Assembly: GCA_964458305.1 (NCBI GenBank)
Contig: CAYWIH010000005.1
Span: 1,591-65,590, forward strand
Reading direction: 5' to 3'
DNA from: an uncultured bacterium
GTDB lineage: Bacteria; Cyanobacteriota; Cyanobacteriia; Cyanobacteriales; JASJDA01
Length of the DNA stretch: 64,000 nt
Each line of letters opens with the position of its first letter. Within the stretch, counting starts at the first letter, position 1. Below are positions 41,348 through 50,310 of the stretch, in pieces. The notes below the pieces were generated by a model. That model searched no databases. It saw only the letters and a program-made list of their open reading frames with translations, and was not told the DNA's origin. Made by a program: the position numbers and the translations under genes.

Positions 41348-42724
41348 ATGACTACGATCGACGCTCCGAAAAAATCTTTAACTGTCAAACCCCTCAAAAT
41401 TTCCCAGCCTTTTGGTGCATCTTTAGCTCTTTTGGGATTAAAAGGTACTATTCCCCTATTTCACGGCTCTCAGGGCTGTACTGCTTTTGCTAAAGTGCTG
41501 TTAGTACGTCACTTCCGCGAAGCTATTCCCCTCGCAACTACAGCAATGACTGAAGTGAGTACTATTTTAGGAGGGGAAGATAATATCGAAAAAGCAATTC
41601 TTACTTTAGTCGAGAAAAATAATCCCGAAATAATCGGTCTTTTCACTACGGGTTTGACCGAAACTAGGGGAGACGATATGAAAGGTATTTTAAAAACCTT
41701 TCGCGATCGCCATCCAGAATTAAATTATTTGCCGATCTTCTTTATTTCTACCCCAGATTATAAAGGAGCTGCCGAAGACGGCTATAAAGCTACTGTAGAG
41801 CAAATAGTAGCTTACGATTACGCATCATTAACAGAGTCGATCGAATCGATCGATAAGATCGCTTCGGTACACCCTCAACCTCAAGTTACTATCTTAGCCG
41901 GTTCTTTACTTTCTCCTGGAGATGTTAGAGAAATTAAAGAGATCGTTTCAGCTTTCGGTTTGCATCCTTTAGTAATACCGGATCTTTCGGAGTCTTTAGA
42001 CGGTCATCTAGTCGATGAAAAATATAGTAGCGTGACTTGCGGGGGTACTGACTTAAAAGATTTAAAAAGGTTATCCGATTCTATTTTTACCGTGGCGATC
42101 GGAGAAAGTATGCGATCGGCCGCTGAAATTTTAAAAACTAAATTTGGCACTGAATATAAATTATTTCCCAGTTTGGCTGGCTTGAGCGGGGTAGATCGAT
42201 TTGTTTGGCAATTGGCTCGGATCGTTGCAAGAACCAGCGATCCCCATTTTATCAGTCCCCCACGAGTTCCCGCAAGTTTCGATCGCGCCCGTCGTCAGTT
42301 ACAAGATGCGATACTCGATACCCATTTCTATTTTGGCCGCAAAAAGGTATGTTTAGCATTAGAGCCAGATTTACTTTACCAAACCAGTTGGTTATTACAC
42401 GAAATGGGCGCGATCGTCTCGGGGGCTGTAACTACTACTAAATCGCCGATTTTAGCAAATTTACCGACAGATACGGTCACGATCGGCGATCTGAGCGATT
42501 TTGAAGAGATGGCTGTTGGTGCGGATTTATTAATTACCAATTCTCACGGTAAAGATATCGCGAAAAAACTCGATATTCCTCTTTATCGCATGGGTTATCC
42601 CATCTTCGATCGCTTAGGAAACGGTCAACGCTGTACGATCGGCTATCGCGGTACGATGCAGTTTCTTTTTGATGTCGGCAATATTTTTCTCGAAGCAGAA
42701 GAAACGGCGATCGCTCCCTATTAA
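41348..42724 (+). CDS. nifN: NifN FeMo-co scaffold subunit
   Basis: 458 aa, NifK-like ([27 protein letters not shown]), directly after nifE. Confidence 0.93.
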   Translation: [458 protein letters not shown]

Positions 42725-42809
42725 TTGGCAGGTTCTGGGGATTTTTTCGATCTTAATAAATCTCTGGGATCGTCGCAATTATTTTCAATACACTACCTGA
42801 GATAGAACA

Positions 42810-43274
42810 ATGATCCAAGCTATCGAGTTAGCAGAAACAAAACAATCCGATCTTTTTGAGGGGGTCTTTTTACAAGAGTTCGTGCGACAAGTTCGCCATC
42901 GAGATACTCGCGGAATTTTCTCGAACTGCGACGATCTCATGTTAGTAAGCTCTTTACTTTTTACCTCAGAATCGGAACGGGAAAATAAAGATATCGACCT
43001 TTTAACTAATTTGCGAGTTTCGGCTTTTTTTTGGGCGGTCGCCACGATAATCGAACGAGAAACCGGACACATGACAGAAACTTTTATTAATCTTACTAGC
43101 AAAAAATTAAGTTCCGCGCTAGTTTTTTGCGGCGGCGTTCTCGTAGTTTATCAGATTATAAGAAAACTTGAACTTTTTGAGTTTGAATCGATCGATGGAC
43201 TAACATTTAGAGCAAGTATGTTAATAACAAATGCTCTGGCTAAGGCGGGTCAATATTTAGATTGTACTCCTTAA
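42810..43274 (+). CDS. Divergent DUF269-like (NifX-associated protein) paralog located upstream of nifX
   Basis: 154 aa, alignable along its length to the DUF269 protein at 43754-44230 (GVFLQEFVRQVRHRDTRG / SVFLQELVLQIRAQDTFG; AVATIIERETGH / AIAAVIEKETGR). The family motifs are changed: HEGFG to TSKKL and RFGF to LFEF. Confidence 0.6.
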   Translation: MIQAIELAETKQSDLFEGVFLQEFVRQVRHRDTRGIFSNCDDLMLVSSLLFTSESERENKDIDLLTNLRVSAFFWAVATIIERETGHMTETFINLTSKKLSSALVFCGGVLVVYQIIRKLELFEFESIDGLTFRASMLITNALAKAGQYLDCTP

Positions 43275-43315
43275 GAAAAACAGAGTTTTCAACACGATTA
43301 AAGGGCGAGATATCT

Positions 43316-43729
43316 ATGAAAGTAGCTTTTACCACTCGAGACAAGGTACATATTAACGCTCACTTCGGTTCTGCGAAACAAATAGACGTTTACGATGTCA
43401 ATACCGAAGGTTACAATTTTGCCAAAACTTTAGAGTTTAATGGTAACCTCGAGCGAGATGGAAATGAAGATAAATTAGTGCCAAAAATTGAGGCTTTATC
43501 TGATTGTACGATCGTTTATGTTTCTGCGATCGGCGGTAGTGCTGCGGCTCGTTTAATTAATAGCAGAATCACTCCAATTAAAGCTAGAAGCGAAGCGGAT
43601 AAAATTGAAGAAATTCTGAGTAATTTGGTAAAAACTCTCAAGGGTAATCCTCCTCCTTGGTTGCGGAAAGTAATGCAAAAAGAGTCGGGAGCGAAAACTT
43701 TTGATTTTGAAGATGACGAAGACGAATAA
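43316..43729 (+). CDS. nifX: NifX
   Basis: MKVAFTTRDKVHINAHFGSAKQIDVYDV is the NifX/NifB-type dinitrogenase cofactor-binding fold. The track ORF begins at TTG 43262, but ATG 43316 with an upstream AAGGGCGAGA fits the family N-terminus. Confidence 0.88.
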   Translation: MKVAFTTRDKVHINAHFGSAKQIDVYDVNTEGYNFAKTLEFNGNLERDGNEDKLVPKIEALSDCTIVYVSAIGGSAAARLINSRITPIKARSEADKIEEILSNLVKTLKGNPPPWLRKVMQKESGAKTFDFEDDEDE

Positions 43730-43753
43730 AAAAGTCAATAAAAATTAAAAATT

Positions 43754-44230
43754 ATGAGTATCGAAACCAATTCACAAACCGAAACTAGCAGCATCGTTAG
43801 CGAAAGTGTTTTCTTGCAAGAATTAGTTCTGCAAATTCGCGCCCAAGATACTTTCGGAACTTACAGCAAATGGAAAGATGAATTAGTTTTAGCTCCTTTT
43901 GTTGTTACTAAAGAAAGAAAAAAGAAAATACCTCTAGATAAAGAAATAAATCCCGCTACTCATCTGAGAATTATGTCTTTTTATCGGGCGATCGCTGCGG
44001 TAATAGAAAAAGAAACGGGACGTTTTTGTCAGGTAATTGTTAACCTGAATCATGAAGGTTTCGGTTACGCTTTTATTTGGTGCGGTCGTTTGATTGTCGT
44101 CAATAAAAGCATGAGAGACGCGCAACGTTTTGGTTTTAATTCTTTAGAAAAGTTGGCGGAGAGAGGGGAAAAATTAATTAAATCTGGACTGGATGCGATC
44201 GAACGTTTTCCTGAAGCAGCTAAGGCCTAA
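43754..44230 (+). CDS. NifX-associated nitrogen fixation protein (DUF269)
   Basis: 158 aa with the canonical motifs NLNHEGFGYAFIWCGRLIVV and RDAQRFGFNSLEKL. Confidence 0.85.
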   Translation: MSIETNSQTETSSIVSESVFLQELVLQIRAQDTFGTYSKWKDELVLAPFVVTKERKKKIPLDKEINPATHLRIMSFYRAIAAVIEKETGRFCQVIVNLNHEGFGYAFIWCGRLIVVNKSMRDAQRFGFNSLEKLAERGEKLIKSGLDAIERFPEAAKA

Positions 44231-44303
44231 TTCTTAAGGCTGATGGCAGAGGTTTTAATTGCTTCTGCCGAGCAGAAAATCAGAGCAAAGCAAGGGTTAA
44301 AAA

Positions 44304-44540
44304 ATGGTACAAACAACAGAACAAGTTCCAACACCAGAAACAATTGAAGCCTTAAAAAAAAGAATAAAAAGGCTCAATAGTAAAGCGGGTCAGATGAAAA
44401 TGGATCTGCACGATTTGGTCGAAGCTTTACCAACCGATTATCAAAAGTTGCCAGCAGAAAGCGCGAAAACTTACGAAATTTATTGCGAATTGGTAGAACT
44501 AAAACAGCAATTAAAAACTTGGGAGAAACAATTACAATGA
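44304..44540 (+). CDS. Small nif-cluster protein (DUF683 / Rop-like, CCE_0567 family)
   Basis: 78 aa. The motif MKMDLHDLVEALPTDYQKLPAESAKTYEIY and the position between DUF269 and nifW match Cyanothece-type clusters. Confidence 0.75.
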   Translation: MVQTTEQVPTPETIEALKKRIKRLNSKAGQMKMDLHDLVEALPTDYQKLPAESAKTYEIYCELVELKQQLKTWEKQLQ

Positions 44541-44878
44541 CAACAACAAAAACTTTAGCAGATTTCGAAAAAATTGTTAATGCAGAAGATTATTTTCAAT
44601 TTTTTGAACTAGAATACGATCGCAGATTTGTTAATGTCAATCGGCTGCACATCTTAAAACAATTTTCTTTGTCGATAGAAGAAATTGAAAGTAGTTTTCC
44701 AGATTTAAATGAAGGGGAAAAGCTAAACAAATATCGCGAAGCACTAGCAGCAGCTTATCAAGTATTTGAATCCAAAAGCCCCCTAGAAACCAAACTATTT
44801 AAAGTATTTCACGAAAACAGACAAAACGTTGTCTTGTTAGAAGATATCGAAGAAGAAGAAGAAGAAGAAGAACAATAA
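44537..44878 (+). CDS. nifW: NifW
   Basis: Its ATG overlaps the upstream TGA (ATGA). AEDYFQFFELEYDRRFVNVNRLHILKQFS is the NifW signature. The C-terminus is a poly-Glu tail. The track ORF begins earlier at an alternative start (44483). Confidence 0.88.
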   Translation: MTTTKTLADFEKIVNAEDYFQFFELEYDRRFVNVNRLHILKQFSLSIEEIESSFPDLNEGEKLNKYREALAAAYQVFESKSPLETKLFKVFHENRQNVVLLEDIEEEEEEEEQ

Positions 44879-44890
44879 TAATAAAAAACT

Positions 44891-44912
44891 AGTAAGTAGT
44901 AAGTAGTAAGTA
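44891..44912. repeat. Heptamer tandem repeat AGTAAGT x3 after nifW
   Basis: Read directly: agtaagt agtaagt agtaagt a. Confidence 0.85.
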
Positions 44913-45029
44913 TTTTTGGGATCGCGCTACTCCTGAAGTCTCTAAAAATAACGAAAAAGAGAAACTTAAACCCCTTCAATTTACTCTCTACTTATTACTA
45001 ACTATTTACAAATAAGGAGCGATCGCAGC

Positions 45030-45836
45030 ATGAAAGAATTAACCAGCAAAGAATTAGAACGCTATCGACGACAAATAATGATTCCCGGATTTGGAGTTGA
45101 AGCGCAAACAAAATTAAAAAATTCAACTGCGATCGTTAGCGGTGTCGGTGGTTTGGGTGGAACGGTAGCTTTATATTTAGCCGTCGCTGGAATTGGTAAA
45201 CTAATTTTAGTTAGAGGCGGAAATTTAACCCTCGATGATATGAACCGTCAAATTTTAATGACGGACGACTGGGTGGGTAAAAATCGCGTCTCTAAAGCAA
45301 AAGAAACCCTCAGTAAAATCAATCCCGATGTAGAAATAGAAGCGATCGCCGAATTTGTAACCGCAGAAAATGTCGATCCTTTAGTTAAAAAATCTGATAT
45401 TGCTTTAAGCTGTGCTTTTGATTTTAAAGAAAGGGATTACCTCAACGCTGCTTGTGTATTGTGGAACAAGCCGATGGTAGAAGCAGCTATGGATGGGATG
45501 GATGCTTATTTAACTACGATCGTTCCGGGTAAAACTCCTTGTTTGTCTTGTATTTTCCCCGAAAAACCTCCAGAATGGGACAAACGCGGTTTTGGGGTAG
45601 TCGGTGCAGTACCGGGAACTTTAGCCTGTTTGGCTGCATTAGAAGCAATTAAGTACCTTACCGGATTGGGAGAACCCCTCTTAGGTAAACTCCTGACTAT
45701 GAATTTAAATCGTTTAGAATTTGCCAAACTTCGTCCTTATCACGATCCCAATTGTCCGGTTTGCGGCCAAAAAGATTTTAGAGGGATCGATCGAGCTTCT
45801 CAACTTATTCATCCCAAACAACTCCTCAAAGTTTAA
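45030..45836 (+). CDS. hesA: HesA (ThiF/MoeB-family adenylyltransferase)
   Basis: 268 aa with RYRRQIMIPGFG, GVGGLGG and C-terminal CLSC...CPVCG motifs. AAGGAG lies upstream. Confidence 0.88.
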   Translation: MKELTSKELERYRRQIMIPGFGVEAQTKLKNSTAIVSGVGGLGGTVALYLAVAGIGKLILVRGGNLTLDDMNRQILMTDDWVGKNRVSKAKETLSKINPDVEIEAIAEFVTAENVDPLVKKSDIALSCAFDFKERDYLNAACVLWNKPMVEAAMDGMDAYLTTIVPGKTPCLSCIFPEKPPEWDKRGFGVVGAVPGTLACLAALEAIKYLTGLGEPLLGKLLTMNLNRLEFAKLRPYHDPNCPVCGQKDFRGIDRASQLIHPKQLLKV

Positions 45837-45854
45837 TAGAAACGGTATAAAATT

Positions 45855-46229
45855 ATGGCGGTTACTTTAACAGATAAAGCAGCATTTAAGATTCGCACCC
45901 TGCTGGAAAAGAACTCTACAAATAGCAGTAGCGATCGCAAAGGAATTCGGGTGGGTGTAACAACAGGTGGTTGTAGCGGTTACGAATACAAAATCAAAAT
46001 AGCCAAACAACCCAAACCCGAAGATCTAGTATTCGAGCAAAATAACGTACTCATCTATATCGATCCCCAAAGTATGTCTTTGCTCGATGGGGTAGCGATC
46101 GACTTTGCAGATAGTTTAACTCAAAGTGGATTCGTTTTTACTAACCCCAATGCCGGAAGCACCTGCGGCTGTGGTAAATCTTTCGCTGCTGCGGCTGATT
46201 GCCCTTCTAAAGGTGGATCTTGCGGTTAA
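45855..46229 (+). CDS. hesB: HesB (A-type Fe-S cluster carrier, IscA-like)
   Basis: 124 aa with GGCSGYEY and the C-terminal CGCGKSF motif. Confidence 0.88.
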   Translation: MAVTLTDKAAFKIRTLLEKNSTNSSSDRKGIRVGVTTGGCSGYEYKIKIAKQPKPEDLVFEQNNVLIYIDPQSMSLLDGVAIDFADSLTQSGFVFTNPNAGSTCGCGKSFAAAADCPSKGGSCG

Positions 46230-46259
46230 ATTTACAAACTAATAAGGAGATTATTTCTC

Positions 46260-46571
46260 ATGACTACTTACAAAGTTCGTTTGATTAAAGGTAAAAGGAA
46301 AAAGCCCCCCGAGATCGACGTAACGATCGAGGTAGATGAAGATACCTATATCTTCGATGCTGCAGAAGACCAAGGTATCGAGTTACCTTCTTCCTGTCGT
46401 GCTGGTGCTTGCTCTAGTTGCGTCGGTAGAGTGATCGAGGGAGAAATCGATCAAGAAGATCAAAGTTTCTTAGATGACGAGCAAATGGCTAAAGGATACG
46501 CTTTACTTTGCGTTACTTATCCTCGCTCCGATTGCACCATCAAAACTCACCAAGAAGCTTATCTAGTCTGA
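46260..46571 (+). CDS. fdxH: Plant-type [2Fe-2S] ferredoxin, FdxH-like
   Basis: 103 aa with the [14 protein letters not shown]...LLCVTYP cluster ligands, in nif context after hesB. Confidence 0.85.
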   Translation: MTTYKVRLIKGKRKKPPEIDVTIEVDEDTYIFDAAEDQGIELPSSCRAGACSSCVGRVIEGEIDQEDQSFLDDEQMAKGYALLCVTYPRSDCTIKTHQEAYLV

Positions 46572-46591
46572 GGTTATTATCTCAGATCCCG

Positions 46592-46616
46592 GGCGAGTAG
46601 TTCTCGCCTTTTTTTA
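46592..46616 (+). terminator. Rho-independent terminator after fdxH
   Basis: The stem ggcgag/ctcgcc (46592-97 / 46603-08) has a 5-nt loop and is followed by T8. Confidence 0.7.
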
Positions 46617-46722
46617 TTATTCTCTTTTTTGTCGTCGATCCCGATCGCCAAATTAAAAATATTGAAATGAAAATTTTTCCCCATTTAAGGGATAATTATT
46701 TTGTAGCTCTGATTAAATTACA

Positions 46723-47073
46723 ATGCTTAGCCGAGAATCATTAACTAAAGAATATATTTCAGTTGTCGATAGTTATTATCCCGCGATCGGCAAACTCTTG
46801 AAGCATTGCTATGTCAAAATTCTCGAATGCTACATTCAAAAATTAGGTAAACGTTTATATTATATCGGCATATATCATCCTCAAGGACTGCACGAACGAT
46901 TGCAAGCACAACAGGAAAAGCTCAAAGAAATCGCAGAAAATATGGGTTTGATTGAAGTTGTGTTTATTAATGCTACTCCTTTGATTCGCGATCCTCTCTC
47001 ACAATTAAAAAGAGATAATCCTCGTCTTTGGTTAGAATTATATTGGGTCGCAACTCACAACATTGACGATTAA
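46723..47073 (+). CDS. Hypothetical protein
   Basis: 116-aa ORF with an ATG start and no recognised motif. It lies between the fdxH terminator and mop. Confidence 0.4.
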   Translation: MLSRESLTKEYISVVDSYYPAIGKLLKHCYVKILECYIQKLGKRLYYIGIYHPQGLHERLQAQQEKLKEIAENMGLIEVVFINATPLIRDPLSQLKRDNPRLWLELYWVATHNIDD

Positions 47074-47304
47074 AATTGTCAAGACTTTTTTAATATTAAT
47101 TAATGAAATTTGTAGCACGAATTCGATCGAGACTAACTTTAGTTGGTCTTTACTTTTATGTAAAATTTTTTAATTGAGGCTCTAAATACAAGTATTAAAA
47201 AAACCATACACTTAGATCGACTGACCTACAGAGTGCAAATAAAAATAAAATTGGTATTAGTGAGGACTAAAATATAATTTAAATCCCCACTTAATATTTT
47301 GATT

Positions 47305-47517
47305 TTAATGGTCTACTGCAACCATTACATCAGAAGATTTAATAGCAGCATAAACTTCTTTTCCTTCGCTCAAACCTAATCTTTCTGCCGAAGTTTTGGT
47401 AATAATTGAAGTTATTTCTACTCCAGGAGCGACTTCAATAGTTACCTCGGTATTAACAGAACCGGGAACAATTTTTTTTATCGTACCTTTAAAAGAGTTA
47501 CGCGCGCTAAATTTCAT
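47305..47517 (-). CDS. mop: Molbindin (Mop / TOBE-domain molybdate-binding protein)
   Basis: 70 aa. MKFSARNSFKGTIKKIVPGSVNTEVTIEV...AAIKSSDVMV is the Mop/TOBE signature. Confidence 0.85.
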   Translation of the reverse strand: MKFSARNSFKGTIKKIVPGSVNTEVTIEVAPGVEITSIITKTSAERLGLSEGKEVYAAIKSSDVMVAVDH

Positions 47518-47650
47518 TTTGTTGAGATCCTAATTATTTATTGTTAACAGAGTTATTATAATGCTAAAGTGTAAAAAAATTTTCAAAATTAAGTTTGAAA
47601 GATAATGCAAAAAAAAACAGATCGCATTTTTTAGTTGGATAATATTAGCA

Positions 47651-48400
47651 TTGCTTATAACGATCGGCTGTAGTCAAATTAACAACTCTCCCGATAATAC
47701 CGCGCCACAAACAGAATTAAAAATATCCGCAGCAGCTAGTTTAACCAATGCAATGAAAGCGATCGAACCGCTATACATAAAAGAAAATCCAGATATTAAA
47801 ATAATCTATAATTTTGCTGCTTCCGGTTCGCTGCAAAGACAAATAGAACAAGGCGCGCCAGTAGATATATTCATCTCAGCAGCACCAAAACAGATAAATA
47901 TGCTATCTGAGAGGGGATTAATTATAGAAGAAACGCGTCAAGATTTACTGACAAATGAGATGGTATTAATCGTGGCGCAAGATAATAAAGAAGTTAAAGA
48001 TTTCCAAAGTTTGCGAGAAGATAAAATAGAAAAAATTGCGATCGGAGAACCAAAAAGCGTACCGGCCGGAAAATATGCCAAAGAAATACTAACAAGTTTG
48101 GGAATATTTAAAACAATAGAATCAAAATTAGTATATGCCAAAGACGTGCGCCAAGTTTTAAACTATGTAGCAACGGAAAATGTAGATGCGGGGATCGTAT
48201 ATAGGAGCGATACAAAAATAACCGATCGAGTAAAAGTAGCAGCGATCGCGCCAGAAAATAGTCACTCGCCGATCGTCTATCCGATCGCAGTAATTAAAGA
48301 TAGTAAAAATATCGCAGAAGCAAAAGAATTTATTAAATATACTTTTTCTGCTCGAGCAGAAGCACAATTAAAAAAATATGGTTTTAAAATTGCAAAGTAA
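47651..48400 (+). CDS. modA: Molybdate ABC transporter substrate-binding protein (5' end unresolved, see finding)
   Basis: ModA-type periplasmic binding protein (ISAAASLTNAM..., FAASGSLQRQIEQGAPVDIFISA). The given start is a TTG inside the lipobox, and the signal peptide is encoded upstream in this frame but lacks an ATG. Confidence 0.85.
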   Translation: MLITIGCSQINNSPDNTAPQTELKISAAASLTNAMKAIEPLYIKENPDIKIIYNFAASGSLQRQIEQGAPVDIFISAAPKQINMLSERGLIIEETRQDLLTNEMVLIVAQDNKEVKDFQSLREDKIEKIAIGEPKSVPAGKYAKEILTSLGIFKTIESKLVYAKDVRQVLNYVATENVDAGIVYRSDTKITDRVKVAAIAPENSHSPIVYPIAVIKDSKNIAEAKEFIKYTFSARAEAQLKKYGFKIAK

Positions 48401-48432
48401 TTGCAAATAACTAACAATCAATCAAATCAATA

Positions 48433-50310
48433 ATGATTCCAAATATCGATCTATCTCCTCTATTTGTTTCCTTAAAAACAGCCACCACAGCCACAGCGAT
48501 CGCTTTTATATTGGGAATTATTGCCGCAAGAATAATGTTAAATTATCGCGGTAGGGCTAAAGGGGCGATCGATGCTTTATTTACTTCTCCTCTGGTTTTA
48601 CCTCCGACAGTGTTGGGATTTTTATTGCTGTTGCTGTTAGGAAAAAACGGGCCAGTTGGTAAATTGTTGGGATTGTTCGATATTACTATTATTTTTACTT
48701 GGTACGCTACTTTAATAGCGGCGACAATAGTGGCTTTTCCTCTGGTTTATAAAACAGTATTGGGGGCTTTTAAGCAAATCGATCCTAATACGATCGCGGC
48801 TGCAAAAACGTTAGGGGCTTCGGAATTTACGGTTTTTTGGCGGATCATGCTTCCTTTAGCCAAACCTGGGGCTGTTTCGGCTATTTTTTTAGCATTCGCT
48901 CGGGCTTTGGGGGAATTTGGCGCAACTTTAATGTTGGCTGGTAACATTCCAGGTATTACCCAAACTATTCCTATTGCGATCTATATTGCTGCAGAAAGCG
49001 GTCAAATGGATCTGGCTTTGGCTTGGGTAATTGTAATTTTAATTATTTCTTTTGGGGTAATTATTGCTGTTAATGCTTATTCGGATCGTAAAAGTACTAC
49101 TTTAGCGATCGCGCGCTCGAAAAAAGGATCTTTTAGCAAACGTTCCCTAAAATCTCTCAAAAAAATATTTCTTGCTACTACCAACTCAAAACATTTTATC
49201 AAAGGTTTCTATCCTTTTTCTAACTCTCCAGAATTGATCGTAGAGATTGAAAAAAGGCTTCCAGGAGGGTTTTGTTTGGATGTATCTTTTCACACTAGGG
49301 ATAAACCACTGGGTTTGTTAGGGGGATCTGGATCGGGAAAAAGCTTAATTTTAAAGTGCATAGCTGGGATCGAAACGCCCGATCGAGGCAAAATAATCTT
49401 AAATGGAAGAACTTTATTCGACAGCGATCGAGGGATAAATATACCCAGCAGATCTCGTCGAGTCGGTTTCTTATTTCAAAATTATGCTCTTTTCCCCCAT
49501 TTAACGGTAGCCGAAAATATTGCCTTCGGAATGAGAAAAAAAAGATCGGCCCGGAAAATAGCAGCAAAATTAATCGATGTCGGTTTGGAAGGATATGGCG
49601 ATCGCTACCCATCCCAACTATCGGGAGGCCAACAACAGCGAGTAGCATTAGCTAGAGCAATAGCCGCAGATCCTGAAGTATTATTATTAGATGAGCCTTT
49701 TTCTGCTTTAGATACTTATTTGCGCGATCGCTTAGAAAAGGTTTTAATCGGTAGTTTAAGTAACTATTGGGGTTCGACTTTATTTGTCACCCACAACTTA
49801 GAAGAAGCATATCGAGTTTGCGAGAATTTATTAGCGATCGAAAACGGAAAAATCTCGGCTTTTGGCAAAAAACAGGATATATTCGAACGTCCACCTACAA
49901 AAACGGTTGCTTTAGTTACTGGGTGTAAGAATTTTTCTGATGCTGTAGCGATATCTTCAACAGAAATAAAAGCGATCGACTGGGAGTGTAATTTACAAGT
50001 AGTCGAACCAATTCCCGATCGTCTTGCTTATGTTGGTTTGCGGGCCCATCAAGTTATTTTTCCTGAAGATTTTAGCCAAGAGAATACTTTTAATTGTTGG
50101 TTGGTGGATCTTAGCGAAACTCAACATCGAGTTACTCTATACTTAAGATTGCATCGATCTGGAAATAATGGCCAAGACTATCATTTACAAGCAGAAGTGT
50201 TTAAAGAAAAATGGGCTACTCTCAAAGATCGTCCTTTTCCTTGGCCGGTTCGACTTGATTCTTTGCAATTAATGCTTTTACCGTCTGAGAATCGATCCAA
50301 TGATGGTTAA
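48433..50310 (+). CDS. modBC: Fused molybdate ABC transporter permease-ATPase
   Basis: 625 aa. The N-terminal ModB permease has the EAA-like loop (AAKTLGASEFTVFWRIMLPLAKPG). The C-terminal ABC ATPase has GGSGSGKS, LSGGQQQRVALARA and LLLDEP, plus a TOBE-like tail. Confidence 0.9.
   Translation: MIPNIDLSPLFVSLKTATTATAIAFILGIIAARIMLNYRGRAKGAIDALFTSPLVLPPTVLGFLLLLLLGKNGPVGKLLGLFDITIIFTWYATLIAATIVAFPLVYKTVLGAFKQIDPNTIAAAKTLGASEFTVFWRIMLPLAKPGAVSAIFLAFARALGEFGATLMLAGNIPGITQTIPIAIYIAAESGQMDLALAWVIVILIISFGVIIAVNAYSDRKSTTLAIARSKKGSFSKRSLKSLKKIFLATTNSKHFIKGFYPFSNSPELIVEIEKRLPGGFCLDVSFHTRDKPLGLLGGSGSGKSLILKCIAGIETPDRGKIILNGRTLFDSDRGINIPSRSRRVGFLFQNYALFPHLTVAENIAFGMRKKRSARKIAAKLIDVGLEGYGDRYPSQLSGGQQQRVALARAIAADPEVLLLDEPFSALDTYLRDRLEKVLIGSLSNYWGSTLFVTHNLEEAYRVCENLLAIENGKISAFGKKQDIFERPPTKTVALVTGCKNFSDAVAISSTEIKAIDWECNLQVVEPIPDRLAYVGLRAHQVIFPEDFSQENTFNCWLVDLSETQHRVTLYLRLHRSGNNGQDYHLQAEVFKEKWATLKDRPFPWPVRLDSLQLMLLPSENRSNDG

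Noticed and set aside
47518-47650. Molybdenum-cofactor (Moco) riboswitch or ModE operator in the mop-modA divergent spacer.
   Set aside because: The spacer is short and very AT-rich. It lacks the GC-rich conserved helices of the Moco RNA motif, and I could not identify a convincing ModE-type inverted repeat by eye.
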